From Candidatus Peregrinibacteria bacterium GW2011_GWC2_39_14 (lineage in GTDB: Bacteria; Patescibacteriota; Gracilibacteria; UBA1369; UBA12463), in contig LBWJ01000008.1 of the NCBI GenBank assembly GCA_000993595.1, forward strand, positions 10,514 through 74,513: a DNA stretch of 64,000 bases, read 5' to 3'. Each line of letters opens with the position of its first letter. The stretch's first letter is position 1. Under the pieces are notes generated by a model. It had not been told where the DNA came from, searched no databases, and saw nothing but the letters and a program-made list of their open reading frames with translations. Positions 19,405 to 28,460 of this stretch are shown in pieces. A program made the position numbers and the translations under genes.

Positions 19405-20655
19405 TTATATTTGCATAAGTCTTACAACTTTTTTGAGCAATTTTGAAAGCACATATTCTTCTCCTATAAATTCTAGCGCAATATTTGCTAATGCCAAAGG
19501 CGTAACATCATTTATTTCGGTCAAAAGTTTTGTATCGTCAGTCATATTTTCAACCATTTTTGGCGTCATGAAATTTACGATTGGCTTTCTTACAAAAGGT
19601 AATGTTTTCACCCATTCACGCCCTTCAAGAATTTCTTTTATTTCAGGCAAAAGTGAACCACCTCCGCATAGATAAATTTTCGACGGGAGCATGTCGATTT
19701 GTTCGAATTCACTAAGCGTTAAAATGACTCCTGTAAGCCAAACATCGCTATCACCTTTCATTGCATCACGAACAAGTTTTTCTGAATGTTTTTCCAGTTT
19801 ATACGTGCTGTATGCAATTTTGATTCTCTCTGCATCCGTAAAAGAAACATTCAAACTTTGTGCGAGTCTTTTTGTGAAAGTTCTGCCGCCAATTGTAAAC
19901 ATTTTCGTTCCTTCAACTCTGCCGTTTCGAACAATCGCAATATCAGTTGTTCCGCCTCCAATATCAATAAAAATTCCATTCAAATTTATGCTTTCAGTTT
20001 CGCCAAGCGATTTTGCAACAGCATAAGGTTCCGCGGAAATTGCCAAGAGTTCCATATTTAATTCCGATGCAATTGTTTGAAGCGCGCCAAAATGTACAAG
20101 CGGAGCAAACGCGTTAAATATGCTTATGATTACATCTTTTCCTTGAAATCCAATTGGATTACTCACGCGATATCCATCAATCGTCACGTCTGCAATCGCC
20201 GCATTAACAAGTTTAACGTCAATTTCATTATAGCCTGTTTCATATGCCAATTGCGCGCGCACCTGATCAAACGCTTTCCACTGAATTTTATGAACAATAT
20301 TTTTAAGTTCCGCCAAATCAATCTTCGTATCAGGCTCGCGTCTTGTGTAATGCATGCTTAAAGTCGCACCTTTAACAAGTTCACCGGCAATCCCGATAAC
20401 CATTTTATCCGGATTAACATTTGCAATTCTTTTTGCGTCATTAATCGCAGAGTGGCAATTTTGAATAACGCTCGCGATGTCCATAACAACGCCACTTTGC
20501 ATGTCTCCAACTTTTTGATAGCACTTTCCAACGCCAATAACTCGCCCCTTTGTGCCTTCACTACAGCAAATAAGCGCTTTTACGACATCGGTTCCGATAT
20601 CCAGCGCCAAATAAAAATTCCCTCTTCTACGCAAAGACGACGAGAAAAATCCCAT
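19405..20655 (-). CDS. FtsA-like actin-fold ATPase
   Basis: LALDIGTDVVKA, AEPYAVA, IDIGGGTTDI, GGRTFT, AERIK, LCGGGS. Confidence 0.85.
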   Translation of the reverse strand: MGFFSSSLRRRGNFYLALDIGTDVVKALICCSEGTKGRVIGVGKCYQKVGDMQSGVVMDIASVIQNCHSAINDAKRIANVNPDKMVIGIAGELVKGATLSMHYTRREPDTKIDLAELKNIVHKIQWKAFDQVRAQLAYETGYNEIDVKLVNAAIADVTIDGYRVSNPIGFQGKDVIISIFNAFAPLVHFGALQTIASELNMELLAISAEPYAVAKSLGETESINLNGIFIDIGGGTTDIAIVRNGRVEGTKMFTIGGRTFTKRLAQSLNVSFTDAERIKIAYSTYKLEKHSEKLVRDAMKGDSDVWLTGVILTLSEFEQIDMLPSKIYLCGGGSLLPEIKEILEGREWVKTLPFVRKPIVNFMTPKMVENMTDDTKLLTEINDVTPLALANIALEFIGEEYVLSKLLKKVVRLMQI

Positions 20656-20680
20656 GTCAATATATTATTACAAATAAAGA

Positions 20681-20740
20681 AATTTACAATTTACAATTTA
20701 CAATTTACATTCAATTTACAATTTTCAAGTGCTAATTTTC
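20681..20740 (+). repeat. degenerate heptamer tandem repeat (AATTTAC)n
   Basis: AATTTAC x4 perfect, followed by degenerate units. Confidence 0.85.
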
Positions 20741-21089
20741 AGTTAAATGACTTGCGAGAATGAAAAATAGAGTTAAAGATTAAAATTAATTCATGAGATT
20801 CTTGTAAAAGCGGTTTAATTATGATGGAAAATTCGGGAGTGGCGGTTTCAAGCATTATAAGCCAATGATATGTTTCCTGAGCTTCTTTTCTTACTATGCA
20901 GATTTTATGCATAAAATCTTTTTTCGATCCCGAATTAATAGCTTCGCAGTAATTAGCGCCTATGCTTGTTCCGGATCTCATTATTTGTAAAATTAAAGGC
21001 CTGGTTATTGTGTTTTCAGGCACTTGTTTTACAAATCGTATTATGTTTTTGCCGAATTCACATGTTCTTTCTTTAAGATCATATTTCAT
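20739..21089 (-). CDS. four helix bundle protein (23S rRNA IVP-like family)
   Basis: DLKERT..F, QIMRSGTSIGANYCEA, SKKDF..K..I.RKEAQET.HWL. Confidence 0.9.
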   Translation of the reverse strand: MKYDLKERTCEFGKNIIRFVKQVPENTITRPLILQIMRSGTSIGANYCEAINSGSKKDFMHKICIVRKEAQETYHWLIMLETATPEFSIIIKPLLQESHELILIFNSIFHSRKSFN

Positions 21090-21172
21090 GCGCGCAATAT
21101 ACATGAAGAAAATGAGATATTCTTAAATTATTCTTGGCTTATTTATGAATTTTTTATGAACGCTACAGTTTA

Positions 21173-21231
21173 AAAATTGTAAATTAAATCTTGAAAATTG
21201 AATGTAAATTGGAGTTTGAATCTTGTAAATT
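21173..21231 (+). repeat. degenerate heptamer repeat (GTAAATT)n, inverted relative to 20681-20740
   Basis: aattgtaaatt..cttgaaaattgaatgtaaatt..cttgtaaatt. Confidence 0.75.
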
Positions 21232-21243
21232 CGGATACAAGGC

Positions 21244-21657
21244 TTATACCGCAAGTCCTTCCATGATTACAGTATGAACTTGTCTAAGCGCAGCTTGAAC
21301 AGTAGTGTTTCTGTGATGCAATTCCGCGTAAACATCTGTCATAAAACAGGCAAATAAGTCGCGCAGATTAATTGTTTTGCCTTTATAACGGTCATCTCTT
21401 GCGGCTTCTTCAAAAGCAGTACGGACCCATTCGAGAGCGGGCACAAGTCCAACTTGCTTAGCTTTATCAATGGTTCCATTAACAAGGCGGTCCAATGCGG
21501 TTTTCGCAGAGGTAAATCCTTCAACGGCTTCACCGTTTGTATGACAATCTAAAAAACTTTTAGCATCCGTAAGGCAAATAGTCTTAAATGCTTCATCAAC
21601 TAATAAGTTTGGATCGCGAGCTCCATCAGCGGTATTGAATGATCTAATTGCGTTCAT
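21244..21657 (-). CDS. hypothetical protein (orphan)
   Basis: 137-aa ORF with upstream TTGACT-17-TATAAT (21689-21717, minus strand). Confidence 0.7.
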   Translation of the reverse strand: MNAIRSFNTADGARDPNLLVDEAFKTICLTDAKSFLDCHTNGEAVEGFTSAKTALDRLVNGTIDKAKQVGLVPALEWVRTAFEEAARDDRYKGKTINLRDLFACFMTDVYAELHHRNTTVQAALRQVHTVIMEGLAV

Positions 21658-21727
21658 ATTAATTTTTTAAAATATAATAAAGGATGTAATTATAAACATA
21701 AACGCATATCCAGTCAACGCTAAAAAA

Positions 21728-22810
21728 TTACTTCTTAAACCAATCCGACTTCGAGCTAAAATTCACTTTATTTTTATTCTTTTCTTTATGCGCATCAAAA
21801 GCCAGCGCAATCAAATCTTCGATCAATTTTTCATAAGGAATCCCGGCATGTGCCCACATCTTTGGATACATACTGATTGAAGTGAAGCCCGGAATCGTGT
21901 TGATTTCGTTTATGTAAAGCGCGTTATCATCTTTGGATAAAAACCCGTCAACACGCGCCATGCCCACGCAATCAAGTGTGCGATAAGTTTTTAAACACAT
22001 TAATTGGAATTCTTCGCTTAATCTTGGAGAAATTTTCGCAGGTATTTCGCCACGCGATTTTCCATTCACGTATTTATCATAAAAATCATAAAATTCTCCA
22101 CCAAGAATAATCTCACCGACAGTCGAAGCTTTTGGGCTGCTGTTGCCAAGAACCGCGCATTCAATTTCATGCCCGTTTATATGCTTTTCAACTAAAATTC
22201 TGCTGTCATATTCGCATGCGAGTTTTATCGCTTTTTCAAGATCACGTTCGTGTTTCACTTTTGAAATTCCAACAGAAGACCCCATCCTTGAAGGCTTAAC
22301 AAAGCACGGAATGCGAATTTCACGAATAATATTTTTCATTACAGCTGCGGAATTTTTTGCAAAATATTCACGCGTAAACCACATATATTTTGAATTTGGA
22401 ACACCGGCTTTATCCAGCAATTTTTTAGTTGTGATCTTATCCATTGCAACGCTGGAAGCCATAACTCCACATCCAACATAAGGCACATTAGCCATCTCAA
22501 AGAGACCTTGAATCGTTCCATCTTCGCCAAAAGGTCCGTGCAAAACAGGGAAAACAACATCAAGCTCGCAGAGCGATTTACCGCTCTTGTCCGTTAATAA
22601 TAGTTTTCCTTTTTCCGGTGCAAGATTTATAAGAACCGGAACGGATTTTTTATCCTCCAAAAACCATTTTCCATCCTGCGTTATTTTAATCTTAAAAACG
22701 TTATATTTTTTTGCATCAACGTGCGAAATAATCGATTTTGAAGAAACAAGCGAAACTTCATGCTCGCCGCTACGACCACCAAAGATGATTCCAAGGTTTA
22801 ATTTTTTCAT
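21728..22810 (-). CDS. ddl: D-alanine--D-alanine ligase
   Basis: FGGRSGEHEVS, LHGPFGEDG, MDK, GSSVG, FYDFYDKY, NEINTIPGFT.SMYP. Confidence 0.97.
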   Translation of the reverse strand: MKKLNLGIIFGGRSGEHEVSLVSSKSIISHVDAKKYNVFKIKITQDGKWFLEDKKSVPVLINLAPEKGKLLLTDKSGKSLCELDVVFPVLHGPFGEDGTIQGLFEMANVPYVGCGVMASSVAMDKITTKKLLDKAGVPNSKYMWFTREYFAKNSAAVMKNIIREIRIPCFVKPSRMGSSVGISKVKHERDLEKAIKLACEYDSRILVEKHINGHEIECAVLGNSSPKASTVGEIILGGEFYDFYDKYVNGKSRGEIPAKISPRLSEEFQLMCLKTYRTLDCVGMARVDGFLSKDDNALYINEINTIPGFTSISMYPKMWAHAGIPYEKLIEDLIALAFDAHKEKNKNKVNFSSKSDWFKK

Positions 22811-22845
22811 AATTAAATTTTAGTCGCGACTTTATCAAAACACCA

Positions 22846-22874
22846 TTGACAAAATAACCAAAATGACGTATAAT
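22846..22874 (+). promoter_or_regulatory. sigma70 promoter
   Basis: TTGACA-17 nt-TATAAT; implies the start is ATG 22899 rather than 22863. Confidence 0.75.
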
Positions 22875-22898
22875 TTATGTATATTAACAAAAACAAAA

Positions 22899-24380
22899 AT
22901 GAAAAACCAAAAACTCGCGAGTCTAACCGTGGCAGTTGTCATCATTTCGACGTTGACGCTGTCTGTTCCCGTAGGCGCTTATATCCAGACATTTATGTTT
23001 GGACCATTTTTAGCCCAAGAGTCGGGCAACCCTCCTCCATCAGGCGGAGAAGGTGGTGGTGACTCCGGTGGCCAAGGTCCAAGACAAGAAATGGGTCCAG
23101 GTCCAGGTTCAAGCGGTGGTGGCTTTGGCGGTCAAGGCGGGAATTTTATGCCCGGTAACTTTGATCCAAATAATCAAGGTCCAAACGACATGAAATATGG
23201 TAATCGCCCTCCAATGCAAGGCCAGGACGGGAATTTTCAATCACAGCCATATAAGCCAATGATGCAGCAAGGTCAAGATGATAAGCAAAACCAAGGATAT
23301 CAACCTCAAAATCAACAGCAAGGTTCTACGAATAAACCATGCAATGGAAAGTGGGTTCAAGATGATAAAGGCGGTTATTGTGAGTCATGGGGAAAGTACG
23401 ATCAGTCAATGCAATCTCAGCAAGGTGGGCAAATGAAGCCTGCGCCAATGAGCGATACAACTCAAACGTCTGATCAAAGCCAGAATTTCAATCAAAGCAA
23501 TCAAGGCGAAAATCAGGAAGATTTTGATAAACAACAATATCAGATGGATGAAAGGCAAGTCAATATGGAAGTGAAAAATATTCAACGTGAAGCTAAAAAT
23601 TTTCTCAACGAAATTACAAGAATGAAAAAAGAAGCTGACAAGATGGCAAAGAGAATAAAGGGCGTAGCGTGCCCGGCCATAGATGAAGCAAAAGGCCTTA
23701 TTAATGATGCTAAAGCAACTTTAACAGAGCTCCAGAAGGCAAAGGCAACAACTGAAGAAGAATTGGATGCACTTCGCACAAAGCTCGAAAACCTTAGAGG
23801 TGGCCCAAATGCAGAGGAAGATGAATCATTGATGGATAAAATGAATCAGATTATGCCAAAAATGGGAGTTTGTGAAGGATTGATGAAATTTACAAAAGAA
23901 GTTAAAAAATTCGATAAAGAAGTCGTTAGAGAAATAACAAAAGCTAAGAAAAACAAAATGCCCGACGAAATAGTTGGTGGGATGCAAGAAATTTTGAATA
24001 CGCTTAAAGCTCTTGAAGCAAATCCGACAGAAGGGCTTTCGGAAGAAGATATGGATAGTGGAGACTTTGTAAACAGTTTGTTTAATGACACTTTGCAACC
24101 ACTTCGCGATTCAATGGATGAAATTCGACAAAGCATGAACGATATTTATGATAAGCTCGGCATGTGTAAAGGCCTTGTAAAAAATAAAAAATCAGTTGAA
24201 ACTCTTTCAAAAAAAGTCAGCAAATTGGGCGAAGAAGCCGTTGCCGCAGCTGAAGAATTAAAAACTGTATTTTTTGAAGGCTTGAGCGCTTGCGAAGCAA
24301 AAGATTACGATTCTTTGGATGAAATAGCTTCAAAGCTTGAAGAATTGAAAAACAATTTTGAAGAGATGTATCAAAAATAG
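22899..24380 (+). CDS. secreted protein with G/Q/P/M-rich low-complexity region and coiled-coil C-terminus
   Basis: Signal peptide MKNQKLASLTVAVVIISTLTLSVPVGA; Q-rich middle; helical E/K-rich C-terminus with spaced Cys. Confidence 0.75.
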   Translation: MKNQKLASLTVAVVIISTLTLSVPVGAYIQTFMFGPFLAQESGNPPPSGGEGGGDSGGQGPRQEMGPGPGSSGGGFGGQGGNFMPGNFDPNNQGPNDMKYGNRPPMQGQDGNFQSQPYKPMMQQGQDDKQNQGYQPQNQQQGSTNKPCNGKWVQDDKGGYCESWGKYDQSMQSQQGGQMKPAPMSDTTQTSDQSQNFNQSNQGENQEDFDKQQYQMDERQVNMEVKNIQREAKNFLNEITRMKKEADKMAKRIKGVACPAIDEAKGLINDAKATLTELQKAKATTEEELDALRTKLENLRGGPNAEEDESLMDKMNQIMPKMGVCEGLMKFTKEVKKFDKEVVREITKAKKNKMPDEIVGGMQEILNTLKALEANPTEGLSEEDMDSGDFVNSLFNDTLQPLRDSMDEIRQSMNDIYDKLGMCKGLVKNKKSVETLSKKVSKLGEEAVAAAEELKTVFFEGLSACEAKDYDSLDEIASKLEELKNNFEEMYQK

Positions 24381-24405
24381 ACAAGCGTATATTTTAAAAA
24401 TTAAC

Positions 24406-24443
24406 AAAGGGCTGGATCAAAAATTCGGCCCTTTTTACTTTTT
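24406..24443 (+). terminator. intrinsic terminator
   Basis: AAAGGGCTGGA..TTCGGCCCTTT stem followed by a T-rich tail. Confidence 0.65.
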
Positions 24444-24491
24444 GTTTTATATTTTGACTTTTGCTATAACAACATCCTTTAATAAAAATAT

Positions 24492-24998
24492 ATGAGCATA
24501 GACGGAGATTTTGCTTCTCGGGAAGAAGCTGATGAAGCGGCAAGAGATACTATGGTACGCATAGAAAAAGGCATCACAAAAGGAGAGATAGACAGGAGAT
24601 TTTTTGTTCCGCTTATTTGCAGAGTAGGCGGTTATGACGCAGTCTTATTTGATTCGGCTCAGGCTTCAAATAACGATGCGGCCGCTAGAATTGTAGCAGC
24701 ACTAACTACGGCTTATGGAGCTCAAAGAATAGGTCATTCAGACCTTTTCGCAGCGTTAAACGCCGCACAGAGTAACAGAAATCCGGTTAGCGCAGATCCG
24801 GCAATAGCGCATGCAGATAGAAGGGCGGGGGATGGAGTTGCGCTTGCATTGAGACTTAATTATGATCCGAGAGATATTGCTCATCCTGATAATCGAAACG
24901 CGGTCGTGGCAAATTTTGAAGCCACGCATAGAAGGGTTATGGAAACGTTTGGTATTCCGGACGATTTTAAATTCCCTTTCGAGGTATCCGTTCATTAA
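24492..24998 (+). CDS. hypothetical protein (orphan)
   Basis: 168-aa Ala/Asp/Arg-rich ORF; overlaps the convergent alr 3' end. Confidence 0.65.
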   Translation: MSIDGDFASREEADEAARDTMVRIEKGITKGEIDRRFFVPLICRVGGYDAVLFDSAQASNNDAAARIVAALTTAYGAQRIGHSDLFAALNAAQSNRNPVSADPAIAHADRRAGDGVALALRLNYDPRDIAHPDNRNAVVANFEATHRRVMETFGIPDDFKFPFEVSVH

Positions 24999-26166
24999 TT
25001 CTCGCTACAACCTCATAATTAATCGTATTAAACCATCCTGCCATTTGTTCTGCAGAAATGGTTTCGGCGTGGCCTTTTGCGCTACCTTTTTGCGTCCCAA
25101 GTAGCACAACCTCATCCTCCAATTTCACATCGCGAATATCCGTCACATCAACCATGATTATATTCATGCAAACGCGTCCGCAAATTGGCGCGCGTTTTCC
25201 GTGAATCAAAACGTAAGAATTATTCGAAAGTCGGCGGTCGTAGCCGTCATAATATCCAACCGGAATTATCGCAATTTTCGTTTTCGCAGTCGTTTTATAC
25301 GTGCATCCATAGCCAATATACGAGCCTTCAGGGATTATTTTTATCTGCGCGATTTTCGTTTTCCACGTCAAAATCGGTTCAAGTTTTATTTTTCCGCGAC
25401 CTTTTTGCAAGGCCGAAACATACGTTTCTTTTGAAGGCCACATCCCATAAAGTCCGATTCCAACGCGCACCATTGTCATGTGTGTTTTCGGAAAAAGGAT
25501 TGTCGCCGCCGTATTTGCGCAATGTTTATATTTGATTTTTATACCAATCGCTTCAATTTTTGCGATTGTCTTTTTAAAATTTTCGAGTTGAAAGCTAGCA
25601 AATTCATGCTCAGTCGTATCTTCAATATTTGCGAAGTGTGTGCTGATTCCTTCCAGTTCCAGATTTTTATTTGCGATAATGTATTTTGCAAATTTCACAG
25701 CATCTTCCGGCATAACGCCTTGTCTATTATTTCCGGTTTCGATCTTCAAATGCAGTCGCGCTTTTTTGCCAAACTTTTTTGCAGCTTTCGCAGCGGCGTC
25801 AACCGTTTCTTTATTATAAACAACAAATCGCACGTCCATTTTTACAGCCGCTTCAATCTGGTCCAGCGGCACATATCCAAGAATATAAATCGGATTTTTG
25901 ATTCCGGCGTTCCTCAAAGTTTCCGCTTCAAAAGCCGCATTAACGCCAAGCCAAATAGACGACCCACCATCTTTATATTCGGAAATTATTTTTCCAACTT
26001 GAGCAAGCCCATGCCCATATGCATTTGCCTTCACGCAAAAACAAAGCGTTACATTTTTGCCAATCAAAGATTTAAAAGCCGCAATATTATGCTCTAGCGC
26101 CTTTTTGCTTATCTCAACTCGGCTAATCGGTTCGGTTTTTGGATTTTGTCCTTTGGATTTTATCAT
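24967..26166 (-). CDS. alr: alanine racemase
   Basis: CVKANAYGHG (PLP Lys), HLKIETGNNRQG, THFA, VRVGIGLYG, GYYDG, GRVCMN, TINYEV; start moved to ATG 26166 because a promoter sits at 26174-26202. Confidence 0.96.
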   Translation of the reverse strand: MIKSKGQNPKTEPISRVEISKKALEHNIAAFKSLIGKNVTLCFCVKANAYGHGLAQVGKIISEYKDGGSSIWLGVNAAFEAETLRNAGIKNPIYILGYVPLDQIEAAVKMDVRFVVYNKETVDAAAKAAKKFGKKARLHLKIETGNNRQGVMPEDAVKFAKYIIANKNLELEGISTHFANIEDTTEHEFASFQLENFKKTIAKIEAIGIKIKYKHCANTAATILFPKTHMTMVRVGIGLYGMWPSKETYVSALQKGRGKIKLEPILTWKTKIAQIKIIPEGSYIGYGCTYKTTAKTKIAIIPVGYYDGYDRRLSNNSYVLIHGKRAPICGRVCMNIIMVDVTDIRDVKLEDEVVLLGTQKGSAKGHAETISAEQMAGWFNTINYEVVARINERIPRKGI

Positions 26167-26208
26167 TTCCTGTATTATATTGGTTTTGTATTCTTTTTCC
26201 AATCTACA

Positions 26209-26316
26209 ATGAAAATTCTCCGCAAAACATTCGGCTTCCTCGCACTTTTAATACTGCTCCCAGTTGCAATATTCAAGCTCTGGGCAGTTGTGAAAATGTT
26301 TAAAAAGAAGAAGTAA
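26209..26316 (+). CDS. small cationic hydrophobic peptide (35 aa)
   Basis: Translated by hand: MKILRKTFGFLALLILLPVAIFKLWAVVKMFKKKK*; fills the intergenic gap. Confidence 0.5.
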   Translation: MKILRKTFGFLALLILLPVAIFKLWAVVKMFKKKK

Positions 26317-26319
26317 TTT

Positions 26320-26931
26320 TTATCCGGGAATAATGCGGCTACCGGTATCATTGGTAGCGTCTAGAAGCGTATCAGCAGGTTCATCTGCGGCAATGGCTCC
26401 AAGAGCCCTTCCTGCGGTTTCGTCGATTCTTGGTCGGATTCCCAAGTCGGCAACAGCGCTATTAAATTCAGGAAATTTGCAGTATGGAAGTTGAACCTTG
26501 ATAGACATATCGATTTCACTCAGCACAATTTGCGCTCCGGGCAGTTGTTCTCCTAAATATAATGCGAAAAACCTGAGGTCATCAATGCTGGGATAATCAA
26601 CAGTGGAAGGTATTAGCGTATTAACGGTTACCGTATGATCTTGGCGGTCTTTTGGGCGAGGCTCAGGCACAAAATCTATCTTACGTGCAAATAAAAAGCA
26701 CGTATATGCAGTTGTTCCAAACGCATCAGCATATCTCAAATAATGAAGATTTTTAAGATCGGACGCTTCCAGAAGATCCTTAAAGCCTCGATTCATTTTC
26801 GCGGAAAGCTCAGGCTCATCTCTACATTCAGCTTCAGCAACAACTCTTTTTCTAAGATAATCATGACCTTTTCCATCAGGAACGGCGGTTAATTCGTCTA
26901 ATGACATTAAATCAGGATTTGGTGCTCCCAT
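26320..26931 (-). CDS. hypothetical protein, paralog of 26935..27444
   Basis: Shared pattern P.G...YL, EL.A, DL, AY, LP.A.I, YC. Confidence 0.7.
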   Translation of the reverse strand: MGAPNPDLMSLDELTAVPDGKGHDYLRKRVVAEAECRDEPELSAKMNRGFKDLLEASDLKNLHYLRYADAFGTTAYTCFLFARKIDFVPEPRPKDRQDHTVTVNTLIPSTVDYPSIDDLRFFALYLGEQLPGAQIVLSEIDMSIKVQLPYCKFPEFNSAVADLGIRPRIDETAGRALGAIAADEPADTLLDATNDTGSRIIPG

Positions 26932-26934
26932 ATA

Positions 26935-27444
26935 TTAATTTGTTATTTTTATAGGGCCAGGGCAAACAGCATCACCAACCGCATCTGCGGCCTCTTCTGC
27001 AATATCTCCAATTCTTTTTGTTCGAATGCTCCTTGCGTCTCCAAATAATTTTTCAAGGTGACAATAGCTAATGACTACACTGATAAATCCATTAGCTCGA
27101 TCAAATTTTATGCTTGCAAAAGGCATTTTAGCTTTTAGATGAGCAGTTAGAGGTACGAGAGTGTTAGCATCTGTTTCAGCCTTATATGGATCAGCTTTAT
27201 CAAGGCGGATATATCCAATGTAAGCGTCAGAGTCGAATCTTTCAAGTTTGCTACCTTTAATGAAGCGTACGCCATCCGGAAAAGGAAAGCCAAAAACCAG
27301 ATCTTCGATTGCAATGCCTATTCTGGCTCCAAGGTCACGTGAGTCAGCAACTCCAAATTTTTGCAAAGCAAGATTAATGAGATAATTAGGGGCCGCGCCC
27401 GTGGGAAATGCTTCCGGTATTTCTATTGCTTCTGCTGCATTCAT
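26935..27444 (-). CDS. hypothetical protein, paralog of 26320..26931
   Basis: Same shared pattern; promoter TTGACA-18-TATAAT at 27470-27499 (minus strand). Confidence 0.7.
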   Translation of the reverse strand: MNAAEAIEIPEAFPTGAAPNYLINLALQKFGVADSRDLGARIGIAIEDLVFGFPFPDGVRFIKGSKLERFDSDAYIGYIRLDKADPYKAETDANTLVPLTAHLKAKMPFASIKFDRANGFISVVISYCHLEKLFGDARSIRTKRIGDIAEEAADAVGDAVCPGPIKITN

Positions 27445-27469
27445 AATAATTTTTTAAATTCAGGTTTCG

Positions 27470-27536
27470 ATTATAAATAACAAGCATGGCATTTGTCAAA
27501 TTATAAATTGACATAACGAAAAATATATTTTACAAT
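27470..27536. promoter_or_regulatory. back-to-back divergent sigma70 promoters
   Basis: Minus: TTGACA(27499-27494)..TATAAT(27475-27470). Plus: TTGACA(27508)-17-TACAAT(27531). Confidence 0.7.
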
Positions 27537-27558
27537 TTAAACACTTATAATACAATTT

Positions 27559-28383
27559 ATGGCTTTAAGTCTAAAACAAAGAGGCGATGCTGTTGATGAA
27601 ACAGCGGAGAGATTTTTTAGAATGAGACCCGGCGAATTGGGCGTAGCAAAAGCAATTCGTGAAGTATTTTTAGGAGAAGATCATCGAATAAGCGTTGCTG
27701 TCAGACGTGCGGTGGAAGAAGTGGGACGTGAAGACTGTTTGGAAATTTTATCGATAATTAATCGTGGATGGGCAAATTTGATGATGGGCTATGAAGGTGG
27801 TTTTTTGCATATTGCAAATGCTGTTACGGTAGACAGGGCAACTGTGGAATTGCGTCCAATAGCGGAAGTGTGTTCAGCTCATGGTAGAGATGCGATGCAA
27901 GCGGTGGCGTCTTCGCCAATATCGGACTTGTCTGCTTCAAAAGCACCAAGAAAGCAAAAGCCGGTATCAAAAGCACGCCAAGTCTTGGACAGAGATGCGC
28001 CAAAATTTAGATTTATTTCAGAAAAAGGCCTTGATGCGACAGAACTGGAAGAGTTAAAACAGGCTTTACGCGGGGACGATTTGGATGCTGTAAAAAAAGC
28101 AATTTTGCGTTGTCCGGGACTTATTTTGGAAGAATTTAATACGATTTTGGAGTCAAAAATTGTAAGAGAGCTTCTATTGTTTATAGCGCAAGAATATCCG
28201 AACGTTATAATAATTTATTCGCCAAGATTTTTAGACAAACCTTTTGCTTATGAGGTTATTATGGAAGCGGCAAGAAGAGATCCTAAATTGGCAATTAAGC
28301 TATACGCAAAATATGAGCCCCTCAGCGGTTCTGAAAAGATTCTCGCAGAAGCGGAAACTCTCGCAAAATCAGTAAAAGACTGA
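27559..28383 (+). CDS. hypothetical protein with helical-repeat-like C-terminus
   Basis: 274-aa ORF with its own promoter; C-terminal AILRCP../IAQEYP../AARRDP.. repeating helices. Confidence 0.7.
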   Translation: MALSLKQRGDAVDETAERFFRMRPGELGVAKAIREVFLGEDHRISVAVRRAVEEVGREDCLEILSIINRGWANLMMGYEGGFLHIANAVTVDRATVELRPIAEVCSAHGRDAMQAVASSPISDLSASKAPRKQKPVSKARQVLDRDAPKFRFISEKGLDATELEELKQALRGDDLDAVKKAILRCPGLILEEFNTILESKIVRELLLFIAQEYPNVIIIYSPRFLDKPFAYEVIMEAARRDPKLAIKLYAKYEPLSGSEKILAEAETLAKSVKD

Positions 28384-28384
28384 G

Positions 28385-28454
28385 AATTAAATGTAAATTG
28401 AATCCTGTAAATTGAAAATTGCTTGATAATTGATTATCGATAATCGATAATTGA
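28385..28454 (+). repeat. degenerate heptamer repeat
   Basis: aattaaatgtaaattgaatcctgtaaattgaaaattgcttgataattgattatcgataatcgataattga. Confidence 0.7.
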
Positions 28455-28460
28455 TCCACA

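Noticed and set aside
20681-20740. CRISPR array
   Set aside because: The units are 7-nt degenerate tandem repeats without spacers; no cas genes in the window.
20739-21104. Diversity-generating retroelement (Avd-like gene)
   Set aside because: No reverse transcriptase or TR/VR pair was seen. The 52-bp repeat at 37506/39269 differs only at silent sites and is better explained as an insertion scar.
25480-26097. 205-aa plus-strand ORF and the many other overlapping ORFs in the track (e.g. 34695-35264, 54445-54885, 17761-18445)
   Set aside because: Antisense or off-frame shadows of well-supported genes, with no motifs.
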